Shown here piece by piece: positions 29,078 to 37,885 of a stretch of DNA of 64,000 nucleotides. This DNA is from Dehalococcoidia bacterium (lineage in GTDB: Bacteria > Chloroflexota > Dehalococcoidia > Lucifugimonadales > SHYT01). How positions within the stretch are numbered: the first letter of the stretch is position 1; each line of letters begins with the position of its first letter. Position numbers and translations under genes: made by a program. The notes under the pieces are model-generated. The model made no database searches. It was not told where the DNA came from and worked only from the letters and a program-made list of their open reading frames with translations. The stretch lies in the NCBI GenBank assembly GCA_009692665.1, contig SHYT01000006.1, positions 14,224 through 78,223 of the forward strand, read 5' to 3'.

Positions 29078-29815
29078 CTACTGTGACTGCGCCCTTCCAA
29101 ATCGGCCCATGAGGAGTCCCTGTCCCAAAATCTTACCGGCCATAGCTGCACTCACCTGCAACTTGGTGGCGCCCGGCGGCAAGTCCAGTGGAGCGCTTAG
29201 CGCGTAGACAAAGAACCTGTAGGTGTGCGGGTTCCCCGGCGGTGGGCACGGCCCGGTGTACCCGAGTTTCCCACTACCGTTATTTCCTTGCAGGGCGCCA
29301 CCGGACAACTGCGTGCGCGCCTTTTCCACGTTCTCCTCAAGGCTGCGCTGCACAGCGGGCAAGTTGAACACCACCCAGTGCACAAACCCACCAGACACGC
29401 CAGCGTCCGGGTCATCCATGATTACCGCAATTGCCTGCGTGCCGGCGGGAATGCCGCTCCAGGCAATCTGTGGTGAAAGGTTGTCACCAGAGCACGTGTT
29501 CTTTGGGGGAATGGGGCCGCCATTGGAAAAGGCGGTAGACGTCACCGCCAGGGCGACAGGCGCTGGCACGGGTGCCGGGCTTGGGTTCGGAGATGTGGCC
29601 GCCGAAGGTACGTTCGGTACGGGCGCGGCTGGAGCAGGCAGCGCCGAGGCCGCTGCGGGCGTCGGGGCAGGCGTTGTGGCTGGCACGCCGGTCTGACTGC
29701 CACAAGCCGATAGTATGAGAGCGCACACCAATGCTGCCCCACCCCCCAAGAACCTGACCCTCAAACGTCCCCCTGTCGTTGGTTCCCCTTCGACTCTACA
29801 AACGCGCGCAGGCAC
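29078..29815 (-). CDS. YbhB/YbcL (PEBP/RKIP) family lipoprotein
   Basis: Lipobox LILSAC, a Pro/Ala-rich linker, then the PEBP core (SPQIAWSG.P, MDDPDA, FVHWVVFNLP, YTGPCPPPG.PHTYRFFVYAL). A shorter start at TTG 29764 is possible. Confidence 0.85.
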   Translation of the reverse strand: MPARVCRVEGEPTTGGRLRVRFLGGGAALVCALILSACGSQTGVPATTPAPTPAAASALPAPAAPVPNVPSAATSPNPSPAPVPAPVALAVTSTAFSNGGPIPPKNTCSGDNLSPQIAWSGIPAGTQAIAVIMDDPDAGVSGGFVHWVVFNLPAVQRSLEENVEKARTQLSGGALQGNNGSGKLGYTGPCPPPGNPHTYRFFVYALSAPLDLPPGATKLQVSAAMAGKILGQGLLMGRFGRAQSQ

Positions 29816-29893
29816 AAGATTGACCCTGCTTGTACACGGCCTGCTGCTGGCTAGGAGCGAGAGGGGCCATTCCGCGGAATGGCCCCTCTCGCA

Positions 29894-30276
29894 TTACCGG
29901 TCGAACTTCACCGTCAATGTGCTCTGCGCCAGGATGTGGCCTTGCATTGCAGTAAGCAGGTGGTTCCGTGAGATGCCTACCGGCAAATCCAGGACCATGT
30001 CCAAAGCATAGACGGTGATCCTGTAGTTGTGCGCCGCCTGACCTCTAGGCGGGCATGGGCCACCGTAGAACGCGTTGTTGAAACTATTGGCGCCATGGAG
30101 CGCCCCAGATAGGAAATCAAGGCGCGAAATCTGCGGCAGACGCTCCGCCAGTCCGCGGGTGGACGCTGGCAAGTGGTGGTGGACTTCGTACAGGCCACAC
30201 CCAACAACAAAAGGATACCGATTGCGAAAATGGTGAACGCTCGCGGGTAAATACCCAAATGCATGTTCCTTAACAA
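29894..30276 (-). pseudogene. truncated, frame-broken PEBP-family paralogue
   Basis: One frame encodes a signal peptide plus lipobox (MHLGIYPRAFTIFAIGILLLLGVAC). A different frame encodes only the C-terminal half of a PEBP domain (VHHHLPAS...YGGPCPPRGQAAHNYRITVYALD...). The N-terminal half of the domain is absent. Confidence 0.5.
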
Positions 30277-30383
30277 AGTGAACGATGTCGTTTCTTAGCT
30301 TGCCATGAAGCGGGCGGGAGCGCAACCGGAGGGGACAAGAAAGAGGGTACCCATAGGCACCCTCTTAATTCTTGGGTCGTAGC

Positions 30384-30809
30384 TTAAGCCGGTTGCTTCT
30401 CCCGGCGCTTCCGCACTTCCTTGCGGATGAACTCCGCAATGTCCTGTGTGGATGTGCCAGGGCCGAAGACGCCGACGACGCCCATCTTCTGGAGTTGCGG
30501 GCGGTCTTCTTCCGGAATGATGCCGCCCAGGATCACGAGCATATCTTCCGCGCCCTGCTGCTTGAGGGCGTCCATGATAGGCGGCACAAGCTCCATGTGC
30601 GCCCCGGAGAGGATGGACAAGCCGACAACGTCGACATCTTCCTGGATGGCGGCCGAGACGATCATATGCGGCGTCTGACGGATGCCGGTGTAGATGACTT
30701 CCATGCCGGAGTCGCGGAGCGCGCGTGCCACTACCTTGGCGCCCCGGTCGTGGCCGTCCAGCCCAGGCTTTGCTACCAGCACTCGAATGTTGTCTCGCGG
30801 TTGTGTCAT
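30384..30809 (-). CDS. methylmalonyl-CoA mutase, cobalamin-binding small subunit
   Basis: 141 aa. B12-binding motif [20 protein letters not shown] and the Rossmann-like remainder ([13 protein letters not shown]). Confidence 0.9.
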   Translation of the reverse strand: MTQPRDNIRVLVAKPGLDGHDRGAKVVARALRDSGMEVIYTGIRQTPHMIVSAAIQEDVDVVGLSILSGAHMELVPPIMDALKQQGAEDMLVILGGIIPEEDRPQLQKMGVVGVFGPGTSTQDIAEFIRKEVRKRREKQPA

Positions 30810-30852
30810 GCCAACCTCCCATAGACAAGGCTGCCAGTGTTATTCTACTCCG

Positions 30853-31299
30853 CTAGTGCGACGACGAGTCCACCAATTCGATGAGCACACCACGCGTTGC
30901 GCCTGGGTGGATGAATGCGATGTTGCCTGCCAGGCCTTTGCGCGGGGCTTTATCAATGAGCCGCGTCCCGTTCGCTTCCAGGCGCTTCAGCGTGTCAGCC
31001 AGGTGATCTACCTCAAAGCAGATGTGGTGCATACCCTCGCCGCGCTTGTCCAGGAATTGGGCCACGCCGGAGGACGGGTCTGTGGGCTGGATGAACTCCA
31101 TCTCCGTGCCGCCGATCTTGACCAGGGCGGCTTTCACCTTCTGGTCGGCGACCTCAACAATGTCGATGTGTCCCAGGCCAAACGTGTCCTGGTAAAACCG
31201 CACTGTGTCAGCTATGTCTTTCACCGCGATGCACACGTGGTGCAGGTGCTTTGCGATACATGGCGCATTTGGCAAGTTGTCTGGCAAGGTGCCCTCCAA
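30853..31299 (-). CDS. mce: methylmalonyl-CoA epimerase (VOC family)
   Basis: 148 aa. HHVCIAVKDI...EFIQP...SGVAQFLDKRGEGMHHICFEV.D...IAFIHP...GVLIEL is typical of the epimerase. Confidence 0.85.
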   Translation of the reverse strand: MEGTLPDNLPNAPCIAKHLHHVCIAVKDIADTVRFYQDTFGLGHIDIVEVADQKVKAALVKIGGTEMEFIQPTDPSSGVAQFLDKRGEGMHHICFEVDHLADTLKRLEANGTRLIDKAPRKGLAGNIAFIHPGATRGVLIELVDSSSH

Positions 31300-31325
31300 C
31301 AGCGCGTCATGCCAACGCGCTCCCG

Positions 31326-31643
31326 TTACGCGACTCTCTCTACCGCCGTGATGATGCGCTCGTACTTGCGCCGGTTGTCTATGTTGTACGTGGGGCGCGG
31401 TGCGAATACCTCGTCCAGCACCTGCACGGTATTAATCTCCTGCAGGTGGAACTGCTTCCATCCCTCGGGCTCACCCGATTCACTATGCCCGCCAAGTTGG
31501 TACGCATCCAGCCATGTGCCGCTTCCCTTACGCTCGTAGATGATGTACGGCTCTATCACGCGCTGCCCGACGCCCTTGTAGGTGATGGACATCAGCTTGC
31601 GGTTCTCAATAGCTCCTTGCGACAATACAACTTCGTCCGCCAT
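31326..31643 (-). CDS. small stand-alone WYL-like domain protein (paralogue 2)
   Basis: 105 aa. AIENRKLMSITYKG.GQRVIEPYIIYERKGSGTWLDAYQLGG....GWKQFHLQEINTVQVLDEVFAPRP follows the WYL-domain pattern (R..v.i.Y....R.veP..l....g.WYL.Ay....r.Fr...I..v..l...F). No HTH or other domain is present. Confidence 0.55.
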   Translation of the reverse strand: MADEVVLSQGAIENRKLMSITYKGVGQRVIEPYIIYERKGSGTWLDAYQLGGHSESGEPEGWKQFHLQEINTVQVLDEVFAPRPTYNIDNRRKYERIITAVERVA

Positions 31644-31670
31644 ACTCCCCCTCCGCTCCCTTGTCTGATC

Positions 31671-31994
31671 TTAAGGCGTTACAGCAACCACCACTTCAGC
31701 ATACCGTGTCCGGTCATTGGAGCTAAACCCTTCACGCACCAGAAAGCGGTTTTTGGTAGCGCTTACCGACGTGATTTTCGTGACCGGAATGGTGTGCCAG
31801 ACCGGGGGCTTACCTGCGTAGGTGGCGCCGGTGATCTGGTAGCCGCCCAGTATGACGTTGCCATTCTTACTGGCGAAGAGGATGTACGGCTCAAAGACCC
31901 GCGTGTTGGGGCGTCCGCCCTCTTCGTCGGTAATGGCGAGCGTCTTCCGGTCGCGGATGGCCTTGGCGATGATGTCAGCGTGCGATGTGGTCAT
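31671..31994 (-). CDS. small stand-alone WYL-like domain protein (paralogue 1)
   Basis: 107 aa. It aligns along its full length with the neighbouring 105-aa protein (AIRDRKTLAIT...TRVFEPYILFASKNGNVILGGYQ...VWHTIPVTKITSV). Intergenic gaps in the operon are only 26-43 nt. Confidence 0.55.
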   Translation of the reverse strand: MTTSHADIIAKAIRDRKTLAITDEEGGRPNTRVFEPYILFASKNGNVILGGYQITGATYAGKPPVWHTIPVTKITSVSATKNRFLVREGFSSNDRTRYAEVVVAVTP

Positions 31995-32027
31995 GAGTTT
32001 TACCTCGCGCTGGGCGTTGGGTGATGA

Positions 32028-33701
32028 CTAGACAGTCGCCAGGTGCCGCGCCTCGCCAAACACTTTGCGCAGCGTGCCCGCGATTTCGCCCATGGTGCAG
32101 TACGCTTCAACGCATTCCATGATAATGGGCACGGTGTTCTCATTGGAGCGCGCCACCGCATCCAGCTGCTTAAGCACCTGCTGCGCCTTGCTGGAGTCGC
32201 GCTTCTTCCGCACATCCTGGAGCTTGGCAATCTGCTGGCGGGCCGCTTCCTGGTTGATACGCATAATGCCTGCGACGGGCGGCTCCACCGTCTGGTACTG
32301 GTTCACGCCGACGATGATGCGCTTCTTCTGCTCCACCAGCATCTGATGCTTATATGCGGCGTCCTGAATCTCCCGCTGCTGGAACCCCTGCTCCAGCGCC
32401 GCAAGGGCACCGCCCATATCGTCAATGCGCCGGATATACTCAAACGCCTTCTTCTCAAGTTCGTTGGTGAGCGTTTCTACATAGTAGGAGCCGCCGAGCG
32501 GGTCCACCACATCGGCTACTCCGCTCTCGTTGGCGAGGATCTGCTGTGTGCGCAGCGAGATCTGCACGGACTGCTCCGTGGGCAGCGCCAGAGCCTCATC
32601 GCGCGAGTTCACGTGCAACGACTGCGTGCCGCCAAGGACGGCCGCCAGCGCCTGCACGGTGCAGCGGATGACGTTGTTGTCAGACTGCTGCGCGGTGAGC
32701 GTGACGCCAGCGGTCTGGGTGTGGAACCGCAGCGTCCACGAGCGGGGGTTTTGCGCCTTGAACCGCTCACGCATGATCTTGGCCCACATGCGGCGCGCCG
32801 CGCGGAACTTCGCGACCTCTTCCAGCAAGTTGTTGTGCGATGCGAAGAAGAAGGAGAGGTTGCCTGCAAAGGAATCAACATCAAGGCCGACGTTCACGGC
32901 GTTCTGCACGTACTCGATCCCGTCGCCCAGCGTGAAAGCAAGCTCCTGCGCCGCGGTGCATCCCGCCTCACGCATGTGGTAGCCGCTGATGCTGATGGTG
33001 TTCCACCTGGGCATGTTCTTGGAGCAAAACTTGAATACGTCCGTGACCAGGCGCATGGATGGTCGCGCCGGATAGATGTACGTGCCACGCGCGATGTACT
33101 CCTTAAGGATGTCGTTCTGAATAGTGCCATCCAGCTTGTCCAGGCCAACGCCCTGCTTCTTGCCGACTGCGGCGTAGAGGCACATGAGAATGGACGCGGT
33201 TGCGTTGATGGTCATGGACGTGCTGACTTTGTCCAGCGCAATGCCATCAAAGAGGGTTTCCATATCACGGAGAGATGCAATGGGCACGCCGACCTTGCCG
33301 ACCTCGCCCAAGGCCATCGGATCGTCGGAGTCGTAGCCGGTCTGTGTGGGCAGGTCAAAGGCCACGGACAGACCTGTTTGCCCCTGGCCCAACAGGAACT
33401 TGTACCGTCTGTTCGACTCTTCCGCGGTGGAGAAGCCGGCATACTGACGCATGGTCCACGTGCGCCCGCGATACATCGTCGGCTGTATGCCACGGGTGTA
33501 GGGGTACTCGCCGGGGAAGCCATCGTCACGAGTGTAGTCGGACTGCGTAAGGTCTTCCGGTGTGTAGACGGGCTCCTGCGGAATACCGGCCTCGGTTTCA
33601 AAGTGCGGCTGGCGCTCAGGGTTGCGTTTGACTCCGGGGTCGTAGACCTTTTCACGCCACTCGCGCTTACTCTTACTTTCAGCCACGGAGGCCTCCTTCA
33701 C
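32028..33701 (-). CDS. methylmalonyl-CoA mutase, large (catalytic, N-terminal) subunit
   Basis: 557 aa. [48 protein letters not shown] and [22 protein letters not shown] are hallmark mutase motifs. The B12-binding domain is encoded separately. Confidence 0.95.
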   Translation of the reverse strand: MKEASVAESKSKREWREKVYDPGVKRNPERQPHFETEAGIPQEPVYTPEDLTQSDYTRDDGFPGEYPYTRGIQPTMYRGRTWTMRQYAGFSTAEESNRRYKFLLGQGQTGLSVAFDLPTQTGYDSDDPMALGEVGKVGVPIASLRDMETLFDGIALDKVSTSMTINATASILMCLYAAVGKKQGVGLDKLDGTIQNDILKEYIARGTYIYPARPSMRLVTDVFKFCSKNMPRWNTISISGYHMREAGCTAAQELAFTLGDGIEYVQNAVNVGLDVDSFAGNLSFFFASHNNLLEEVAKFRAARRMWAKIMRERFKAQNPRSWTLRFHTQTAGVTLTAQQSDNNVIRCTVQALAAVLGGTQSLHVNSRDEALALPTEQSVQISLRTQQILANESGVADVVDPLGGSYYVETLTNELEKKAFEYIRRIDDMGGALAALEQGFQQREIQDAAYKHQMLVEQKKRIIVGVNQYQTVEPPVAGIMRINQEAARQQIAKLQDVRKKRDSSKAQQVLKQLDAVARSNENTVPIIMECVEAYCTMGEIAGTLRKVFGEARHLATV

Positions 33702-34130
33702 GCGAACTCATGGGATGCACGGCTGCCGCGAAAGCTATCTAGCAGTGTAACTTTGCCCCTTGCGAGTGTCAATGAACGTGGTGCCCTCCAGGTGAAAGGC
33801 TATAAATCGGACTGGATTGTTCTGGGGTGCTTTTTCCTTTGGCGAGGGCCTACGCTGGGCGCCTGACGACCGTTGTGAAGCTCGACGGAAACCGCTGGCC
33901 GAAGGGATTTTACTGACGAGGCATGACGTATTGTGTCGCAAGTGGCCCGCATAGGCCCATGTACTGGAGATGTCGCAAGATGGGGGAGAGCCGCCTAGCT
34001 GGAGGTGGAGTGCGTTCACCGAAAGACGTTTGTTCATAGCTTCACGATAGCACCGCGCGGTGGTGGGTCAAGGGTATGATGACCTACTGGTTTCGACATC
34101 CCAGACGCCAAAAGTACGCTCTGTTTTTTA

Positions 34131-34160
34131 TTGACCGCTCAGATGTTCTAGCGGTACAAT
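34131..34160 (+). promoter_or_regulatory. sigma-70-like promoter positioned for a leaderless ruvB mRNA
   Basis: TTGACC (34131-36), an 18-nt spacer, then TACAAT (34155-60). The ruvB ATG (34167) begins 7 nt after the -10, there is no SD, and a T-rich tract lies upstream. Confidence 0.45.
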
Positions 34161-34166
34161 GCGTTG

Positions 34167-35237
34167 ATGGCAGAAGATGGGGAACCAACAGCATCGCCAC
34201 GGCTGGTGACGCCACGGGTGCAGGTGGAGGACACGCCGCTTGACCGGACGCTGCGGCCCAGGCGGCTGGAAGAGTATGTTGGGCAGCAGCAGGTCAAAAA
34301 CAATTTGCGGATCGCCATGCAGGCGGCCAAGCAGCGCAAAGAGGCGCTGGACCACACCATCTTCTACGGCCCACCCGGCTTGGGGAAAACCACACTCGCC
34401 TACATCATTGCGCAGGAAATGGGCGTCAACATTCGCGTGACGTCAGGCCCCGCCATTGAGAAGCCCGGCGAGATGGCGTCCCTCCTGACCGTGCTGGAAC
34501 CGTACGACATCTTCTTCATTGACGAGATCCATCGCCTGAGCCGCCTGGTGGAGGAAGTGCTGTACCCGGCCATGGAGGAGCAGCGCGTGGATGTGGTGCT
34601 CCCCGGCAAAGGCCCCGGCAGTGCGCGCATGCTGCGCATCAACCTCAAGCCATTCACACTGGTTGGCGCCACGACCCGATTTGCCATGGTCAGCGCTCCG
34701 CTGCGAGAGCGGTTTGGCTCCATCTACCGCCTGGACTTCTACACGCCCGAAGACCTGGAAATCATTGTGCTGCGCTCAGCGGAAAAGCTGGGCATCAAGA
34801 TTGAGCCTGCGGGCGCCACAGAGATTGCGGCGCGCTCACGCGGCACACCGCGGATCGCCAACCGCTTGCTGCGCCGCCTGCGGGACTTCGCCCAGGTGCG
34901 CGGCAAGGGCGTCATCACGAAGGCAATCGCGCAGGAGTCACTGGCCAGCCTTCAGGTAGATCCAATGGGGCTGGACCTCATCGACGTGAAGCTGCTGACG
35001 TCGCTTATTGAGAAGTACGGAGGCGGGCCGGTGGGACTAGAGACGCTGGCTGCGGCTGTCGGCGAAGAATCGGACACGGTCATGGACGTATACGAGCCGT
35101 ACCTGCTGCAGCTTGGCTTCCTTGACCGCACGCCGAAGGGCCGGGTTGCTACGCCGCTCGCCTACCGCCACCTTGGCCTGCCGGACCCGCGTGCCGCGCA
35201 GCAAGAGGGCCGCGCGCAACAGGAGCGGTTGCTGTAA
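34167..35237 (+). CDS. ruvB: Holliday junction branch migration DNA helicase RuvB
   Basis: [16 protein letters not shown], Walker [22 protein letters not shown], and the C-terminal winged helix. The track ORF starts 3 nt earlier at TTG 34164. Confidence 0.95.
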   Translation: MAEDGEPTASPRLVTPRVQVEDTPLDRTLRPRRLEEYVGQQQVKNNLRIAMQAAKQRKEALDHTIFYGPPGLGKTTLAYIIAQEMGVNIRVTSGPAIEKPGEMASLLTVLEPYDIFFIDEIHRLSRLVEEVLYPAMEEQRVDVVLPGKGPGSARMLRINLKPFTLVGATTRFAMVSAPLRERFGSIYRLDFYTPEDLEIIVLRSAEKLGIKIEPAGATEIAARSRGTPRIANRLLRRLRDFAQVRGKGVITKAIAQESLASLQVDPMGLDLIDVKLLTSLIEKYGGGPVGLETLAAAVGEESDTVMDVYEPYLLQLGFLDRTPKGRVATPLAYRHLGLPDPRAAQQEGRAQQERLL

Positions 35238-35323
35238 TCGGGGAATGGGGACGGGGTTGTTTTAGGAATTTTGTCGAAGATGTTGTCGAGAGTTAGTCGC
35301 CCCGCGAACTGGATAATCCTTAT

Positions 35324-35366
35324 GAACTTATATACGTGACGCCGTAGGCGTCACGTATATAAGTTC
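35324..35366. terminator. 20-bp perfect hairpin between convergent ruvB and an oxidoreductase gene
   Basis: GAACTTATATACGTGACGCC, loop GTA, then GGCGTCACGTATATAAGTTC, read directly. The AT-rich outer stem stands out in a GC-rich genome. Confidence 0.55.
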
Positions 35367-35376
35367 TAGACTCGCC

Positions 35377-36435
35377 CTACACGCGAAGCTTGATCACTGA
35401 CTTCTTCATCCCGGAGTCTCGAACGGCCAGCACAATCTGCCGCTCACGCCAACCATCGACACCGGAAGGGTTTGCCTCTTTACCGGTCTGGATCGCCTGG
35501 TTGAACGCCTCAATCTCGTCCACAAACATGTTCGTCCCGTGGAATTCTTTCACCGTCTCGCCCTGCGCTGTCCGCACCCGCAGCACCCCATCCGAGGTCA
35601 CAGTGGGATTCAGCGGAGAAGCGGACGCCCGTCCCTTCGTGCCGTACACCGTTACCACGTTGTCCGCAAACGGCGTGTGGTTGCACGTTGCGTAGCTCGC
35701 CGGAACTCCGCCCTGGAAAATGAGCGTCGCCTCCACGATGTTCTCCTGGTTCCGCTCGGCAGTGACCACATCGGAGTAGGCGTACACTTCCTCGACCTCG
35801 CGCCCCATCAGGAATCGCATCATATCCGTGCCGAACATCGCGGTGCCGGACATGACCCCGGATCCGCGCATGCTCAGGACTTCCTTCCACGCGTGTTCAG
35901 TCGCGCCCAGCACGCCTTTCGCCGGGACGGTCCACGCCTGCCGCGTACCTCCACTGGCGCCTTCCCATGGCGTCGACGTCTGGCACCGCAGCGACACGAT
36001 GTCACCGATGGTGCCGTTGTGCATGACCTCTCTGAGCGCCCGGAACGCTGGAGCAAAGCGCGTCTGGAAGTCGGTGCCGAGCCGCACGTTATGCTTCTTG
36101 CCCGCCTCAACCATCGCGATACAGTCTTCTTCCGTCACTGCCATCGCGCTGCCCACCAGCACGTGCTTGCCCTTCGCCATCGCCGGAATCGCTGTCTCTG
36201 CGTGAAGATTATTCGGCGTCAGGACGTAGACCACGTCCACTTCTTTGTTGTTCAGCAAGTCGTCCAACTTGTCGTACGCGTGCTGCGCCCCATGATAGTT
36301 AGCAAACTGCTGCGCCTTCGCCTTATCCCGGCTTACCACCCCCACGAGCTTCGTGTCCTTTGCTTGACGCACCGCCGGGGTCGAGTACCGGTCCGCCCAT
36401 CCTCCCAGTCCAACTATGCCCCATCCTATCGCCAT
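35377..36435 (-). CDS. Gfo/Idh/MocA family oxidoreductase
   Basis: 352 aa. N-terminal Rossmann motif IGWGIVGLGGWA...LVGVVSRD and overall architecture match the family. Confidence 0.85.
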   Translation of the reverse strand: MAIGWGIVGLGGWADRYSTPAVRQAKDTKLVGVVSRDKAKAQQFANYHGAQHAYDKLDDLLNNKEVDVVYVLTPNNLHAETAIPAMAKGKHVLVGSAMAVTEEDCIAMVEAGKKHNVRLGTDFQTRFAPAFRALREVMHNGTIGDIVSLRCQTSTPWEGASGGTRQAWTVPAKGVLGATEHAWKEVLSMRGSGVMSGTAMFGTDMMRFLMGREVEEVYAYSDVVTAERNQENIVEATLIFQGGVPASYATCNHTPFADNVVTVYGTKGRASASPLNPTVTSDGVLRVRTAQGETVKEFHGTNMFVDEIEAFNQAIQTGKEANPSGVDGWRERQIVLAVRDSGMKKSVIKLRV

Positions 36436-36474
36436 GTAACCCCTCTTCCTTGTCTGCTTCCGCAGAGTCTTTTC

Positions 36475-36585
36475 TTACTTGAACTTAGGCATAACCTTTT
36501 CGCCGAAAATACGCAGGTTCTTGGCAGAATCCCGGCCATCAAATGAGGGTGTGCGGTAGTCGATGCCGCCGAACTCTTCATTTAT
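36475..36585 (-). pseudogene. C-terminal remnant of an LLM-class (luciferase-like) flavin/F420 oxidoreductase
   Basis: A 36-codon stretch, INEEFGGIDYRTPSFDGRDSAKNLRIFGEKVMPKFK*, resembles the characteristic C-terminus of LLM enzymes (..lfaeeVmP.f). It is preceded by an in-frame TAG. Weaker protein-like pieces in other frames extend up to about 36800. Confidence 0.45.
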
Positions 36586-37070
36586 CTAGTGGATTTGGCT
36601 CACTATGTCCTCCGGAGACCCCAATTTGCGTTACTGTGCACAGGCTCCCTGTCCTCCACCTGTTCAATCGAGCCCGACCACCCCCAAGAACTGGCGATGC
36701 TCTACCACGTTCCAGTTTCCTGGGGCTTCGGTACTCGTGTTTGCCCGCTTAGTGCAGTTTACCCCCTTCGCTCAAAAGGCAGCACCCTTCCAAACAGAGG
36801 TCTGGTGAGCTTATTTTTTCATCAGGTCGGATTGGTCAGATTGGATGGATCCTCGCCACTTTAACTAGTATTGATATACGACCTCAGCTTCCCTATGTCA
36901 AACAAGTTCCATGCCTCACAAATGGGACAGAAAATCATGCATAAATAACGAATATCGTTGAAATAACTAGGGGGTACTGGCTTTGCACAAGAAACCCCTT
37001 TTTCAGGCCAATTTCTGTGCAAGGCCGGGGGTACTAAGCAATAATCTACTGGAGAGTTTTAGGTTTCGCC

Positions 37071-37607
37071 TTACTTCGCTGGCGGGGTGGTGGCCGCTGG
37101 AGCGATAAACTTGTCTTTCACGAGCTCTATGACGAGCTTCCCGGATGGTGTTTCCGCTGGATACTGAGGACGCGCATAGACTTCAAGCGACAAGTCTTTC
37201 AGGGTGGCGCTGACAACCCAGCAGAATACAAGCTCCTCGGACTTACCCGGTTGTAAATCCCCGCCTTTGGGCCCGGTTGCCCCCTGCGGGATGGTATCCG
37301 CCGGGCAGTCGGCTGGGAGATTGGGCGTGCCTAGACGCTCGCCACGGAAGTCGCCCCAGCTGAGCGTCCTTACCGCTTTGTCGCCCTTTACTTCAGTGTG
37401 CCAGTGAGTGAGCACATAGGTGTCTTTCCAGGTTGCTCCCACTAGAGTTACCGTCAGGCCTCCTACCTCCGCAGGCTTGCCTATCTGAATAGGAATAACG
37501 GGCACCAGCGCGGGCTTCACTGGCTCGGACTTGCATCCCACCAGCGCTATGAGCCCCGCAGTAAGAGCAAGGAGCACGAATACAATATGTCGTCGCATGT
37601 CCATCAC
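37071..37607 (-). CDS. hypothetical lipoprotein
   Basis: 178 aa. Signal peptide plus lipobox (LIALVGC). The mature part is predicted beta-rich. No family confidently recognised. Confidence 0.55.
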   Translation of the reverse strand: MMDMRRHIVFVLLALTAGLIALVGCKSEPVKPALVPVIPIQIGKPAEVGGLTVTLVGATWKDTYVLTHWHTEVKGDKAVRTLSWGDFRGERLGTPNLPADCPADTIPQGATGPKGGDLQPGKSEELVFCWVVSATLKDLSLEVYARPQYPAETPSGKLVIELVKDKFIAPAATTPPAK

Positions 37608-37711
37608 TTTAGAAAACGCGAATTTGTTGGTTATGGTTCAACCAGCGTGTCATTATATCCTGATATCTTGGGAAACCTCCGCAACACGCCGGAGAGAGCA
37701 AGGCAAGACAT

Positions 37712-37870
37712 ATGGCGGTCTCGACGAAGGAACGCGTCCTCGGCGGCATGCTCGGCCTGACGGCAGGCGACGCGCTTGGCGTGCTTGTGGAGTTTTGCAC
37801 CCGCGAGGAGCTAGATGCCGATCCGGTCGTTGACATGCGCAGCGGCGGAACTTCCGCTTTTCCGTCTTAA
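37712..37870 (+). pseudogene. N-terminal fragment (52 aa) of an ADP-ribosylglycohydrolase family gene
   Basis: MAVSTKERVLGGMLGLTAGDALGVLVEFCTREELDADPVVDMRSGG matches the family N-terminus (GallGlavGDALG.p.Ef). The ORF stops after 52 codons and the rest of the roughly 300-aa domain is missing. Confidence 0.6.
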
Positions 37871-37885
37871 GCAACGGTACCGTTT

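Noticed and set aside
32043-33866. 607-aa plus-strand ORF antisense to the methylmalonyl-CoA mutase large subunit
   Set aside because: Shadow ORF opposite a gene with hallmark mutase motifs.
33735-34037. 100-aa minus-strand ORF in the mutase-ruvB divergent region
   Set aside because: No start context, a Ser/Arg/Pro-rich low-information sequence, and a location where the promoters or leaders of both flanking operons are expected.
33702-34130. Cobalamin riboswitch in the 430-nt divergent region upstream of the B12-dependent mutase operon
   Set aside because: Isolated GGTGCC / GGTGAAAGGC strings occur only on the plus strand, which faces ruvB. On the mutase strand GCCACTTG only loosely resembles the B12 box, and the other conserved blocks (GGGAA, CCCGC) are not in register. 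B12 riboswitches also do not normally control B12-dependent enzymes.
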